In this document: one piece after another, positions 46,410 through 59,978 of the stretch
Layout: every line of letters begins with the position of its first letter
Position numbering within the stretch: position 1 is the stretch's first letter
NCBI RefSeq assembly: GCF_000142905.1
Contig: NW_013657643.1
Coordinates: forward strand, 1 to 64,000
Direction of reading: 5' to 3'
Source of the DNA: Thecamonas trahens ATCC 50062
Lineage: Eukaryota; Protista; Apusomonadida
Length of the DNA: 64,000 nt
Made by a program: the position numbers and the translations under genes
Notes under the pieces: model-generated
Told to the model about the DNA's origin: nothing
The model's database searches: none
Seen by the model: only the letters and a program-made list of their open reading frames with translations

Positions 46410-47652
46410 TCATGTAGAGCCGGAGCTCGACGAGGAGGACGAGCCCGAGTCTGATTCGAACGAGTGGGAGGTGTCGGCGCGGGTGAGGATGGTGGGCTCA
46501 TCGCCGGGCTTGATGGCCGGCTCACCCGAGGCAAAGTCAAAGTCTGCTGCTGCTGCTACCACTGGCTCGCCACCGGCCGCAGGTGCGTCGCCGTCAGCGG
46601 GAGTACGCTTGAGGTCTGTGGCAGTGATGCTAGAATCGAGACCGGTAAAGGCCGGAGGTGCGGGCGGCCGCAGCCCCGAGCGGACATCGCGCGGATCGTA
46701 GCCTTCGCCCGAGTCAGACGACTCGTCCGAGTCGACAGTGTGCAGCCAGGCCTCGCCGCTACCCTTGGTCTGCTTGGCTGCCTGGTCGCCGCGAAGCAGA
46801 GCGTCGACCTTGGCTGCCGAGACCACGTGCGACGCGTCGAGCGGAACGGGCGGGCCCTGCCGCGAGAGGTTGACTCGGCTTCGCCGCGAGATCGCCGCAC
46901 CCATCCGCGACGGGGTGATCGAGCCGGCGCCCGGCGATGCCCGTGCCGCAGGCGACCGCCCGGCTGCTGCCGGCGACGGCGACGCCACATACGACGCCGC
47001 TGTCCCCATGCGCGCCTCCATCACCGACGGCACTCGGTCTGACACCACCCGCTTGGGCATGTTCTTGATGTAGGTCCGGACCTTACGCGGATTCTGTCGT
47101 CCCATTCGTGAGTGCTATCGCACCGTTCACCTCCCTTCCACGTCTCCCCCATCTCCCCTCCCGCATCAACGTACCACCACCGTCTGATCAGCCCGTGCTG
47201 CTTCTCTCCCCAGCTGCGCCACAACATCTGCCACAAACATGTACGGGTTCTCCGGCTGGTCGGCGATCATCGCTGTTGTCAGCTCCTGTAGCCCATCCAA
47301 AAATGGTAAGTGAAAGAGCCATGTCCCATACCGATCATCTGTCGGACCACATCGACCGCCACCACAACACCAAGCCGACCATCCTGCTCATGACAACCGA
47401 CAAATGACAACCGACAAACCCCACCACCACCACCCCAGACCCAATCACATCTTGCTAGTCGCCTGCACCACCATGCCCGATCCCCTCCATCACCTCCTGC
47501 CCCTCTCCATCCACAACAGCCCCTGCAACCGTCCTCGCCAGCAACGGCCGCCCGCCCGTCCGCCCGCCCACCCACAGCCGTACCTTGAACAGCTCCAGGA
47601 TGCGGAAGTGGTTGAGATACGCACGCCCCGCTTCCACATGCTCGGCGTCCAT
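46410..47652 (-). CDS. Protein with N-terminal RIIa/Dpy-30-like dimerisation-docking domain; exons 47652-47584, 47285-47175, 47093-46410
   Basis: AYLNHFRILELFK|ELTTAMIADQPENPYMFV; two GTACG introns in phase 0; disordered tail. Confidence 0.7.
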
Positions 47653-48141
47653 GCCCTTGGCTACGTATGATGTGTAAGAGAGAGTGTGTGTGCGTGAGTG
47701 AAATGCGTAGACTCGTGTGTCCGCCCACGACCGTCGCTCTCGTGGTGGCTCTGCTCAGTCACCACTGTTCGTCTGCCCGCAGCAAGCTAGATGCCACCGC
47801 CATGCAATCCCTCACCCACAATGGCCATCACGTTTGGTTGGAGAAGAGGCGATGCCACATTGGCCATACACACGTGGACAGAGTAGAGCATAGGCAAAGG
47901 CTCGAGGGAGGAATGGCGACATGAGTAGTTTGCTGATACGGTCATCGGCGGCGCCAAGCAGCCTCAGCGGGTGCTCGCGTGGATCTGAGCAGCACTCTAA
48001 TCTGGTAGGCTTTGAGCTCGCATTATCCGCTCAAGCCGACACAGTAGCATGCGGCGACGTTCGATCAGCACAGAGCCGACGGCACGCGCCGCACCGCCGA
48101 CAATCCCCCCCCCCCCCCACTCGCGTCGCCAGAATCCAATC

Positions 48142-48721
48142 TCAGTCGTTCCACACCAGCACGTGTCCGCCGTTGTCACCGGTCTGGCGAGCAAACTGGA
48201 TAAGCTCCTCCCAGCGCTCGGCCGGCGCAGATCCGACAAACTTGATGTCCTCGTCGAGCCCCGGTCTGCGAATGACCAGCGGCTTGCCCGAGTAAAAGAG
48301 ATAGACCGCCGGCGAGAGAGCCAAGCCAAGAGCCTCGACATCCTCCTGCGACTCGATGTCATCAGCATCAACAACAAAGATCTTAGAGTACGGCGTGACC
48401 GACGACGACGATCCCGAGCGGAGACCACACAGCGCCCTTGCCGCATGCAGCGCCGGTGGCGACCACCGATGAGCGAGACAAATGACCACCACCCGTTCTT
48501 GGATACTTGTAAAGAGGGCCTCTGTTGATCCCATCCCCAGCTTGCCCCCGCCGTCCTCATCGCTGTCCCCACAGTCGAGTCAGTCCCGCCCCCCTCCCCT
48601 CCCCCCTCCCCCCTCCCCCTCACTCACTCCCCCTCCCCCTCTCCCTCCCGTCTAGCACATACGGTATGAGCAGAGGCCGAACCTCCTCCCATGTGTCCCA
48701 TGTCACGTCACTGCTGCTCAT
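48142..48721 (-). CDS. Divergent Dim1/TXNL4-like thioredoxin-fold protein; 5' exon structure unresolved
   Basis: ERVVVICLAHRWSPP, PAVYLFYSGK, KFVGS..WEELI resemble Dim1/Dim2; the upstream exon does not join in frame at the obvious splice sites. Confidence 0.45.
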
Positions 48722-49074
48722 GCCAATACCCGAGCCGACCGGAGAGTCGAGTCTACCGACCCACCGCTTCCCGTCCGCAGTCAAGCTCCTGCGACTGCAG
48801 ACTGCGATGATGCCTGCAAAGTCGGCTGCGTGGCTTATGGACACCATCGCACGGTGTGCGCACTGGCAGATGGGCGCATGATGAAGGGTTTAGGTAGGCG
48901 TGTGTGTGCGTGTTGTGTGTGTGTGTGTGGTTCCAGCTCGGGCGATGGCAGGCGCCGGATGGAGCACCACGATGGTGTCGTGCCTACATGACAGCCATGG
49001 CGGTAGGACGGTTGTGGGGTGGGGTGCGCCGGCCGAAGGATTCGATTCGGGTTCAGAGGTCGAGCGTGCAGGCG

Positions 49075-49545
49075 CTACGCTGCGATGAGCGTGGTGTTGG
49101 CGGTGACGTCGAGCGACATGACCGAGATCTTGCAGCCGGAGACCCATTCGAGACAGTGAACACCAACAACGACAGCCCAGGGCCCTGCCGGCTCACGGGC
49201 GTAGCGGCCAATGTCGGCAGTGATGTTGTTGACGCGGCGCGGGGCAAAGTCGGGCGAAGCGTAGGAAGCGATGAAGCCATCGAGCTCATCCGAAGCCATC
49301 GGCAGCGATGCGCAGGTAAAGTCCGGCATGACGACATAGCCCTGATTCGACGATGCCGATCCATCGACCATAACCACCAACTCTGTACTCGCACTCGCCT
49401 CCTCCGCATCCATCATGCAGCACCAGGCCACCGTCTCACGTGGTCCGGTCGTCTGCACCAGTCCGCGGTAGCTGCACCCGGCCGAGGCCACAGAGCCAAC
49501 AGCAGCGAGGACGACCACCATTGCGAGCAGTACAGCAGGTGACAT
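49075..49545 (-). CDS. Hypothetical small secreted Cys-containing protein
   Basis: Signal peptide MSPAVLLAMVVVLAAVGSVASA; six Cys; typical codon usage. Confidence 0.55.
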   Translation of the reverse strand: MSPAVLLAMVVVLAAVGSVASAGCSYRGLVQTTGPRETVAWCCMMDAEEASASTELVVMVDGSASSNQGYVVMPDFTCASLPMASDELDGFIASYASPDFAPRRVNNITADIGRYAREPAGPWAVVVGVHCLEWVSGCKISVMSLDVTANTTLIAA

Positions 49546-49831
49546 GTCCGAGAGCAAGAGAAAGAGAGAAAGAGGGAGAGTTGAGAGTGTCGGTGGTCTT
49601 TGTGTTGGCGGTGGTCGTCGTGGTGGGGCCGGGTCCCAGTCGCCGGCGGGAATCCCCGGCGGGCGGACGGCTGCACTTGCGCTACGCGCCACATCCGGCA
49701 GCATGACACGACTGCTTGTTGAGCAGGCAGCGAGTTGATGCGGCATCACATTGCACATGCCGTGACTTTGATGTACGCTGAGGCAAGATGGTTCCGGTTC
49801 GGCAGTGCTGGTGCGTCGTAGCCTGTGATCA

Positions 49832-51181
49832 TCACTGGATGGTGTCCTTGTCGCGCTTCTTCTTCCACTTGCGCACGCGCTTCTTGCGGCTCTTTGGCGG
49901 CCGATCCTGCGATGGTTTTGCTCCTGCTGGCTTGATCTGAGGAGATCTCCCGCTGCTTGTCGACGCAGCGTTCCGGAGCGGACGGCGGGGTCGATGCGAG
50001 GCCAGGAGCCGCGCTATCTCTGGGTGGCCCTCGGCTTCGGCGCGCTGGATAAGCGATGTGCGATCGGCAGTGATGTCGGCACTGGGATGGGCGAGGAGGA
50101 GGCGGACAACATCCGCATGGCCATGCCTGATCGCGGCGTAGTACGTCTCAAAGTGAACTACGTACGGATAGTAGCAGCTGTGGTAGGTGATGTTGGGATC
50201 TAACTGGAGGTTGGCAAGGACGAGCTCGATCATGTCTGCTCTGCCTGCAGCGCACGCGTCGACAAGCAGCTCGTCGGCGCGGTCCAAATCGACACAGCTC
50301 GCCGCGCCGGCATCAATCAGAGCACGAACCATGTCGATGTCGCCGGCATCCATCGCGTCAAGGAAGATGCGGCCGACAGAGAGATACGATGCGCCCGGAG
50401 AACTGAGTAGCATCTTGACCATGTTCGCATGTCCGCTCTTCGCAGCTGTGATGACCAGCGTGTTTTGCTCGATCGACGGAGACAAATCAGGATGAGCGAG
50501 CAGTGCGGCGGCGACTTTGGTCTCGTTGTTGGCCACCGCCTCCTTGAGTGCCTGGACCAGCAGGTGCTGCGCCGGGATCTCAAACGATCGGACCATCCAC
50601 GCCACCAGCTCGGCATGGCCCGCACAAGCCGCACACTTGACAGCCTCTTCCATGACGCTGTCGCCCATTTCTTCGCGTGCCAACAGCTCCACCAGCTCGC
50701 GATGACCAGACTGGGCCGCGGCAACAAGGCACGTCGCCCGCTCTGCTGCATCCTCCACGGCAGGCAGCAGATCGACAGCCACACTCGGCAAACCATACAA
50801 TATAGCCAAGACCGGCATAGCGAGCGGGCCACGAGCCAGCGCTCGCCGGCCGAGGCCCTCGCGTACCACAACGCCGCGCTTCATGAGGACGGCTACGATC
50901 TTACGCCAGGCTGCGGAGCCGGGCCGGGCGGCGACGAAGATCTGGACGAGATCGCGATCGGCGGCACCTGCACGCTCGCGCGATTGCTGGAGAGCCACCG
51001 CAGCACCGCCCCAGCTCTGTCGCCACACACACGCGGCAAAGCCCGCAGTAGCTTCCGGCCGTAGCTCGAGCCGAGAAGAGCGAGGTCGAGCGTGGTACAG
51101 GTAGCCGCAAGAGAGCGGCGGATGTCGACCTCACTCAGTAACCTGCAGGTGAATAATCTCGGTGGGAAGTTTGTCGAGCAT
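49832..51181 (-). CDS. F-box-like + ankyrin repeat protein, paralog of 9246-10192; 5' end frameshifted (possibly a pseudogene)
   Basis: MLDKLPTEII.. / LSEVD..LALLGS / FAACVWRQSWGGAAVAL lie in three frames and align to the 9246 gene; AAxSGHxxxV repeats. Confidence 0.7.
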
Positions 51182-51413
51182 GCCGCCTAATGGAAGCAGT
51201 TAGCCTTTGTCAGCTGTGGCCGTCGGCGTCAAGTGTCTCTGTCCTGCCGGGTGCTGGGAAGGGCCAAGATTCTGCAGATACGGCGGACCGCGTCGGCACG
51301 CGTGTCATTCACGCTGATTGCTGCCGGCCAGCGACCGACGACGAACACGACGAACACGACGAACACGACGACGGGCGGCGACGGGCGACGACCACCTAAC
51401 TCACTCTACGCCC

Positions 51414-52453
51414 ATGCTCCGGTCTCTGTCATCTGCTGCTGCTGCGCCTGCACTTGCTGCTGCTGCCTCTGCCTCTGCCTCTGCCACTCGCAGCTCGCTC
51501 GCCCATGCCTCGGGCATTGCCGCCGTCACCATTGTCGGCTCGGGCATCATGGGCGCTGGCATTGCCCAGGTCTCGGCCCATCATGGCAAGGACGTCCGCC
51601 TGGTCGATCTCTCGGGTACGCTCACCTCTCATCACCCCGTTGCTCTCACCCCTCTCCCCTCCCCCTGTCCGCTGCCTCTCACCTCGCCCCCTCCCCGCCC
51701 GCCCTTGTCACAGAGGAGAACCTCGCCCGCGGCAAGGCGGCTATCGAGGGCTCGCTCAAGCGAGTGCTGAAGAAGGAAGCGGATGTGGATGCTGCTGTAG
51801 CCGATGTTATGGCTCGCATCACCTTTACCTCGTCGATGGAGGAAGCGCTCAAGGGATCGGATCTGCTTGTGGAGGCGGTGTACGAGGATCCCGAGACCAA
51901 GCGGCAGATCTTTGGCGTGGCGCAGCAGTACGCCGACGACGAGTGCATCTTTGCCACTAACACCTCGTCGCTCTCGGTCAACTCGATTTGCAACGGCGTC
52001 CGTCCCGAGCGCTTCGGCGGTCTGCACTTTTTCAACCCGGTGCCTATGCTCAAGCTGGTCGAGGTCATCAAGACCGACGAGACCTCGGACGCCACTGCCG
52101 ACGCCCTCCGTGAGTTTGCCGCCGAGGTCGGCAAGGAGCCGATTGTGTGCAAGGACACGCCCGGCTTTGTCGTCAACCGCCTCCTTGTCCCGTACCTCCA
52201 GTCGGCCGTCGACATGATGGAGCGTGGCGACGCGTCCAAGGAAGACATCGACAAGGCTATGAAGCTCGGCGCTGGCATGCCCATGGGGCCATTCGAGCTC
52301 CTCGATGTCATCGGCCTCGACACCGCCGCCCTCATCATCAACTCGTGGGTCCGCACCCACGGCGACACCTTTAACGCCACGCCTGCCATTGACAAGCTTG
52401 TCTCGGACGGCAAGTTTGGCCGCAAGAACGGCGAGGGCTTCTACAAGTACTAG
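51414..52453 (+). CDS. HADH: Mitochondrial 3-hydroxyacyl-CoA dehydrogenase; exons 51414-51615, 51714-52453
   Basis: Transit peptide; GSGIMGAGIAQV, ATNTSSL, GLHFFNPVP, KDTPGFVVNRLL, GMPMGPFEL, GRKNGEGFY. Confidence 0.95.
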
Positions 52454-52572
52454 ACAAGGTAATAAAGCCATCGTCTGGTCATGACGTGCGCACGCACACG
52501 CACACAACTCACTCACTCACACACACACTCTCTCTCTCCCACTCCCGCTCGCGCGCTTGCTTGCTTGCTTGC

Positions 52573-54558
52573 TCAAGCAAAGCCGACGTGCACGCTCTGG
52601 GTCGAGTTGGCCAGCCGCGTCCGGTGGAGCGCGCCGAGAACATCGAGCGACTGGCCCGGGTTGGCGAGCGTCAGATCGTACTCGTCGACCCGGCGGGAGT
52701 CGGCGATCGACACAACGCCGTCGGCGCCGATGACCCCGGTCACCGCGTCGCGGACCTCGTCGCGCGAGCACCCGGGCGCGTCAATGTAGATGGTCGGCAC
52801 AACCGGGCCGACCCGCGACGGCGAAAAGTCGCCCTTGAACCGGTGCCCGTCGCGCTCGGTGTACGCCTTGAGCTCCACCGCCCGCGAGAGCGCGTCACCA
52901 GGCACGCAAGCAATGTCCAGCCGCCCACCAAGCCCATGTGCACCCGCAAGGAACTCCAGCACCGCATCGGCCTGTGCCAGCGTGTCGACGTCGACCAGAA
53001 AGGCCTCGCCGTCACGCGCGATGGCACGGACGTCGGCAAACGCGCCAATGACGTTGAACAGGTCGTCGTACGCGGTCTGCGAGCTCACGCCCCGCACCTC
53101 GAGCACTGTCGAGTTGGCACGTCCGCCGGCACTCGCCGGCGGCGGCGGAGAGGGGCCGCGCGCCGGCGGAGGCGGCGACGGGCCACGCGCCGGCGGAGGC
53201 GGGGGTGGCGACGGGCCACGGAAGCCACCGCCACCGCCGCCGCCGCCGCCGTAACCGCGCCGGGTGTAGTCGACCTCCATCCGCGTGTCGCGCTTGATCT
53301 GGATCGACTTCTTCTTGGCCGGCTCCACACGGAGGTAGCAGCACCCCTTGTAGATTTCGTTGCGATCGAAGCGGTCCATGGCCTCAAACGCCTCGTCGGG
53401 AGACGCCATCTGCACAAAGCCGGCCACCTCGCCGCGCCGCTCAAAGAGGCAGATCTTGTCGACAAGCCCGGCCCGCGAAAAGAGCGCGTGGATGACGTCC
53501 GCGTCAATGTCGTACCGGAGCTCAGAGACCCGAACGTGAAGGATGCTTGTCTGCAGCCGGCGGCCGCCGCCACGCGACGAGCCAGGCGGATCCATCAGGC
53601 CGCCCGAGCCACGGTCGCCGTAGCCACCACGGTCGCCGTAGCCACCACGGTCGCCGTAGCCGCCGCGGTCGCCGTAGCCACCGCGGTCGCCGTAGCCACC
53701 GCGGTCGCCGTAGCCACCGCGGTCGCCGTAGCCACCACGGTCGCCGTAGCCGCCACGGTCGCCGCCACGGTCGCCGCCACGCTCACTGGCGCGGTCGCCA
53801 CCGCGGTCGCCGTTGGCCGACTCCTTCTTGGCCTTGGCCTTGCGCAGCGTCGAGCGCCGCGAGCGCTCGGCCTCGATGACCTGGCCGCCGATAATGAGCT
53901 TCTCCGAACCGTTGGGCCCAACAAGGTCAACAAAGCGGTCGACTTCTGCGCTCGACTCGAGCTCGACAAAGGCGAGGCCCCTGCGGAGAAAGTTGACGCC
54001 GAGGACACGGGCAAACTTGCCCACTGCGTCCGAGATCTCGTCGTCGGTCGCGGTCTTGGGCACTGGACGGAGGAAGAGAATCGGGGTGGGCTCGGCCGGC
54101 GGCTGCGGCTTGCGCTCTCCCTTGGGCGGGCGACCGCCACGGCGAACTGCATCGTCGCCTGCCGGCACCGCCTCGCCCTCGAGGTTCTTGGCCTTTTTCT
54201 CGCTCCGGCCCTCACCGTTGGCCTCGCCGCTGGCCTCGACGCCGCCGTTTTCGCCGTCGTCGTTGTCCTCGTCATCGCGACCACGCTTCCGCGACTCGCC
54301 GCCGTTCTCCTCATCATCATCATACCGACCAACATCATTGTTCGTCTCCTCGGTGACCTGCATCTCTGCCACCGGAGCGCTGCTGCCGGCTGCGTCGTCG
54401 TCACCGCCCGCCTGGGCCACGGCCTCCTGCTGCTGCTGCTGCTCCTGTGCCTCGCTCTGACCACCCTGGGTGGGCTCGTTGACTTGAGCCTGCTCCACCA
54501 CGTCCATGTCGCCAGCAGCTGCCGTCGTCGTGGTCGTCGGCCTCGCCTGCTGCTCCTG

Positions 54559-54592
<34 letters not shown>

Positions 54593-54660
54593 GGTTGCTC
54601 CTCCGCGGCCGGCTCGGGCGACGGGGACGGGTTGCGACGGCTGCGACGGCGAGTGGTCAT
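52573..54660 (-). CDS. Multi-RRM RNA-binding protein (hnRNP L/PTB-like) with polyQ and RGG repeats
   Basis: RGLAFVEL; IDADVIHALFSRAGLVDKI..GFVQM..EIYKGCCYLRVEPAK matches PTB/hnRNP L RRM style. Confidence 0.8.
53609..53780 (-). repeat. Coding 18-bp tandem repeat encoding (GGYGDR)8 plus GGDR units
   Basis: Eight cggtcgccgtagcc(a/g)cc(a/g) units. Confidence 0.9.
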
Positions 54661-55477
54661 GACTGGTAGAGACTGTAGTCGTGTACGTCAAGTACCTTCT
54701 GCACACAAAGTCTGCCCCCCTCCCCCCCTCCCCTCCCCCCCCCCCCCCCTCCCCCATACCCTCTCGGTAGGTCGCTCACTCGCTTGAAACCAAAGATTTC
54801 CGCCGAGTCGCAAAACGGGCTGTCCAGCCGGACGGAGGGGGGGGGAGGGGGGGAGGGGGGATCGGGACATGGGTGATGCACATTGATGTGTTTGTGTTTG
54901 GTGGCTGGTTACGGATGTCTGAGAGAGCCCAGATCAGTGCCCGCAGCAACAGGGTGATGAGCCACAGCCACGGGTGCAACCTTGGGCGGCCACCACGATC
55001 GCTATCTTGGGTGCAACCAAGCGGCAAAGTCGCCACCTTGGGCGCAACCATAGCCGCATTCATGGCCGCAACGCAGCAGGCGATCATCATCATCATCGTC
55101 ATCGCCTTCTCCCATTCCCCTTACCACCCCCCTCCCACCCCCCTCCCATCCCCCCCATCCCCATCAAATTCTTGCAACGCAAGCAATGCCCAGCGCACGT
55201 GCTAGCTCCCCCCCCCCTCGTACCCCATCCCCCCTCCGGAGATGGCTATTATTCATCGTTCGGGTGTTCGAGCCTACGTCACATGTGAGCAGACTCGCTC
55301 GCCAGTGGTTGGGCGTTCGGCCATGTGTCACGTCATTTTGGTCGACTGGGTTCCACCCACCGAGAGATGGGACGTGGAGGGGGGGAGGGGGGAGGGGGGC
55401 ACCCGACTACCTCCCCACGGGGGCTACCTCTTACCAGGGGGGAAGAGAGAGAGACACATACATATCATTTATATACC

Positions 55478-58400
55478 ATGTCAGGAGGAGGAGGTAAAGG
55501 CGTACGAGGTGAGCATGGCCACAACACCTCCATTCTCTCCCAGATCATTTACCGCGACTTTGAGGATGCCACCGAGGAGCGAGGGGAAGACCTTCTGCAC
55601 TCGCGGCATGCCCCTGCCCACCACCCCTTCATCACCACCACAAGGTACAGTCCCTCCCCCTCCTCCCCTCCCCTCCCCTCCCTCCCCCTCCCCCCCCCCC
55701 TTGCCTCCTCCCTACCTGTCCTCCCCCTCCCCCTCCCCCCCCCCCTCCTCCCTCTCACCCTCTCCCTCCGCCATGCACAGCACCCCCACGCCAGAGGTCA
55801 TGATCTCCACCTCGCTGACCTCGCCGAGGGCCTCGTATCGACAGATGCTGCAGTCTCCGCCGAGTATGAGCACCTCAACCTTGCCCACCGCTGGCCCTTC
55901 TACCACAGTGCTCTCAGCCAGGGGACACAACCTGCTTGCTCCCAGGATATTCCCTCCGCATTTGGTCTCCGAGTACGAGTACGCCTCAATGTCGGAGGAA
56001 GCGTCGGACGATGGCCCTCGCTCACCGGCATCAGACATGGACCTCATTCCGCAGTTTGGCGGTCACTCGGTGCTGAGCGAGTCGACTCCCTCGCTCCCCT
56101 CGCCGCCGCCAAAGGAAAACTCGCTGGTCTCGTTTGCGAACCTCTCGATTCCGCACGAGCCGTCCAAGCCCGAGCCGGTCTCGTCGCCCGACTGCTCCCC
56201 GGTGCAGACCCCACGCGGGCAGCCGGATTCGGATGACGAGCCGGAAAACACGAGTGATGGAAGCAGCGGGCCACCAAGCGGCATGCTTCGGACACAGCGT
56301 GCGTCGACGATGGCTGCGCGCCCGTCACGGATGCGCGCCCGCAAGGCTCTTATCCGCTCGCTCTCCCCGCCGCCGTCGCACGTCATGCCGCCGCCGTCGT
56401 CACCTGGCGATGTCGCTGCCACTGCCGACGCCATCGGCCTCGCCATCCCCCCCCTCGACATCACCGGCCGCCGGAGCCGGACCCTGACCGAGTCATCGCA
56501 GCCGGGTGCCGCGCCGCGGCCGCACGCTCACCGCTCGATCTCGGGCGACACTGCAGTGTCCAAGACGAGCATTGCGCGACTGCAGCGTGCGCGGACCGCG
56601 TTCCTCCGCGACGCCAAGGCCTTCAAGCGGGCGCTCAAGGCCGCTGGCGCGCAGCCACCGCCGCCGCCCGCCCGCGGCACGACGCCCAAGGGCGGGTCAG
56701 CCGGTGCCGCCTTTGTGCTCTGCCACACCAATGCGAGCTCGGTGCTCGCGCTCATTGACGAGCTGTCCGACTACGACGTCGAGCGCATTGTGGTGGAGAA
56801 GCCCGACTTTCGAACCGAGCTCCTCCATCAGTACCTGCGCGCATGGGACCCGGCTTGTCCGGCCAAGCGCGCGCTGTACCCGGTCCTCTTCTCCGCGGCA
56901 GCCATTGCCGCTGTCCTCGAGGACCTCGCGTACACCGCCATTCTGCAGTTGGCCTCGCCGCCTGAGCGCCACCGCGTGGTATCGGTCGTCTCGCCGCGGG
57001 CAGCCCGCGAGCTGCACTCGGCCACGCCGACGCCGCGCTACGACCCCGGTGCGCCGCTGTACTCGACGACCGGCTCGGCTTCAGCGTCGGCGTCGGCCTC
57101 GGTCTCGTCAGCCACTATCACTCCGCGTGATGTTCCGGGCCTCCCGCCACTTGACATGCACTCCTGTAGCAACAAGATGGGCGGCGCCGACTCCCCGCAC
57201 TCGCCACCGCGCGCCTCGACCTCGTCGCCGGCCATTGTCGACCCGAGCACGCTGCGGATTGCCGCGCCCCGCTCGCGCGAAGTCTCGCCACGGCTCGACC
57301 CGTCGTCGGGTGAGAACACACCTGTGCTCGACAAGTCGACCACTGGCTTTTTTGGCCTCCTCCGTAAGATTGGCAAGCGCTGGTCGCGCAAAGGAACGCT
57401 CCCGCCGTCGCGGATCGCCGCAAGTGCTGCCGACGGAGCAAGGCCAATCGAGAGCGAGTCTCCGCTGGAGTCGCCAGAGCTGCAAAAGGCACCCTCCGGG
57501 GAGTCGGACGCCGCCGGTGTCAACGCCAACAACGTGCTCATTCCCGCGCTTGGAGAGCTGCCACTGGAGCAGGCCCAAGCCAAGGGTGCCAAGACGCCGA
57601 GCACAGCGACAACGGCAACAACAACGACGTCGACGACGACGGCATCAACGCCCGTCTCAGCCCCGCTCCCACCGCCAAACACGCCGCTCGCCGGCAAGCT
57701 GGCCGACGTGGACGTGCCGCAGCTCTTGCTCTGCCGCATCTGTGAGCAACAGGTGCCGGACCTGCCTGCGCACTCGCGGACCTGCCTCGCCATTGCCGAG
57801 GACGAGGAAAAGGCCGGCTCGGTTGACCTGCGGCTCATCGGGCAGCTGCGCAAGCTCAAGCCGCACATAGAGGCGCTGGAGTCCGGGCTCAAGGCACCTG
57901 GTGCGTCGGAGCTGAGAGAGGACGGGCGGACCGAGCCTGCACACGCGCGGGCCAAGCAGCAGCTCTCGCTGCTGCGGCTGGTGGCAGACACCATCATCAA
58001 CCTGGGTATCAACGAGAACTCGGTCTCGTACGACGACGCCATCACGTCGGCTTCGATGGCGGTCGACGTCCTCCGATCGCACGCCGACAAAGTGGATCTT
58101 TCGGTGGTGACGCAGCTCTCACTCGAGAAGCTCATCGACAAGGCGTGCAGCTTGCTGGAGACCAAGATGCAGGCGCTACTGTCTGCCAAGACCAAGGCGG
58201 CCGAGTCTGCGGCCGAGTCGGGCCACGCACGGAATCCGGAGCACACGGTTTGGGTGACGCGAGCAGCGTCGCAGCCAAACATCCTCACGCCGCCGGCAGG
58301 AAACCCGGTGCCGACGGCGCCGACGAGTGTGGCCCAAAGGGCGCTGGCGGCGCAAAAGGGCCACACGCGGCGGTCGTCAAGCGGCTCGGGCCTCATGGGC

Positions 58401-59978
58401 GTGCCCACCATCCGCGAGTTCAAGATCATCGACCGGATTAGCGCCGGGGCGTATGGGAGGGTGTATCTCGCGCGGAAGCGGACAACCGGTGACCTGTACG
58501 CCATCAAGGTGATCAAGAAAAAGGATCTTGCCCGTAAGAACCAGCTGCAGTATGCGCGGGCGGAGCGCGACATCCTCTCGGACGTGCACGACGCACCGTT
58601 TCTGGTCACGCTCTACTTTGCCTTTCAGTCGCAGCGCAACCTGTACCTCGTGATGGAGTACCTCAACGGCGGCGACGTGCTGGCGCTCCTGTCGGCGTTT
58701 GGCGCGCTGGAGGAGGCGCACGCGCGGCAGTACGTGGCCGAGGTTGTCTCTGCCCTCGACTACCTCCACTCGCACGGCATTGTCCATCGTGATCTCAAGC
58801 CAGAGAACCTGCTCGTCGACTCTAAGGGCCACCTCAAGCTCATCGACTTTGGCCTCTCGTTCCGCGGCATGATGACGGACCACCCACTGCACAACGTTGT
58901 CTCGTCGTACTCGGACGAAGGGGGCACCGAGGTGCCCGAGTCGCCGGCATCGGGCATGTTGGGCCCTGTCGACAGCGAGCGGCGCCACAACTCGAACGTC
59001 GGCACGCCCGACTACCTCGCTCCGGAGATCATTCTCGGTACCGGCCACGCACATCACGTCGACTGGTGGGCGCTTGGGTGTGTGACCTTTGAGCTCCTTG
59101 TCGGCCTCCCGCCGTTCCATGCCGACTCGATCGAGCTCCTCTTTGCCAACATTGTCGAGCGCAACGTGGTCGGCGGGTGGCCGGCGGTGCCCGAGGACAT
59201 GTCCGAGGAGGCGCGCGATTTTACCGACCGCCTGCTGGTGCTGCAGCCCGAGGAACGGCTCGGCGCGTGCGGCGCGGACGAGGTCAAGGCCCACCCATGG
59301 TTCCGCGGCATCGACTGGGCCACAGTCCACCAAGGCCAGGCGCCGTTTGTGCCCAAGCCGGTCGACGCCGAGGACCTCTCGTACCACGACGACCGCTCGG
59401 GCAAGTCGAGGCTAGACGAGGCCGAGCTCCGCGAGGTCGCCGAGGACGACGACCACCAGCACCGGGTGCTCGAGGAGCTCCGCCCACCGCCGATGTCGCC
59501 GGAGCTGGCGACCGCCAAGTCGGCGCCGCCCGCGCGCAGCCGCCGCTCGGGCGGGCCGCCCAAGTACGGCGTCTTTGATGGCTTTGCCTTTGGCGGCCCC
59601 GCATCGGACTCGATCCTTGCCCGCCCGAACCTCGACGACGAGGTCGCAGACGACGCTGGCAGCGGCGGCGACCAAGCCGGCGACGACGACGCCGTCCTCG
59701 ACCTCTCAGACTTTGCCGTCGTCAACAAGCGTGCACTGCTGAAGAAGAACAACGAAGTGGCTATGGCGTCGCCCAAGACCTCGCGACCGCACTCGCGCAC
59801 CGCCTCGTTTTCCGGCGTCCCGCCGCACATGAGCGACCTCGCCAGCGGCCCGGGACTCTCCAACTCGTCGTCGACCTCGCACCTGGCCGACCTCCGCGAC
59901 CGGCTGCTAGTCATCCAAGCCGATCGCTCCGACGAGTCCGGCGAGTCGCGGGAGCTCTCGATCTCACCGAACATGTAG
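55478..59978 (+). CDS. AGC kinase, MAST/Greatwall/Rim15/IRE type with C2HC zinc finger; exons 55478-55644, 55781-59978
   Basis: CRICEQQV....HSRTC; ISAGAYGRVYLARK.TGDLYAIKV, MEYLNGGD, HRDLKPEN, DFGLS + insert + VGTPDYLAPE, DWWALG, PFVP. Confidence 0.9.

Noticed and set aside
55242-55780. ORF-track N-terminal poly-Pro extension of the kinase
   Set aside because: 55645-55780 is a C-rich GT-AG intron; the in-phase first exon starts at 55478 in another frame
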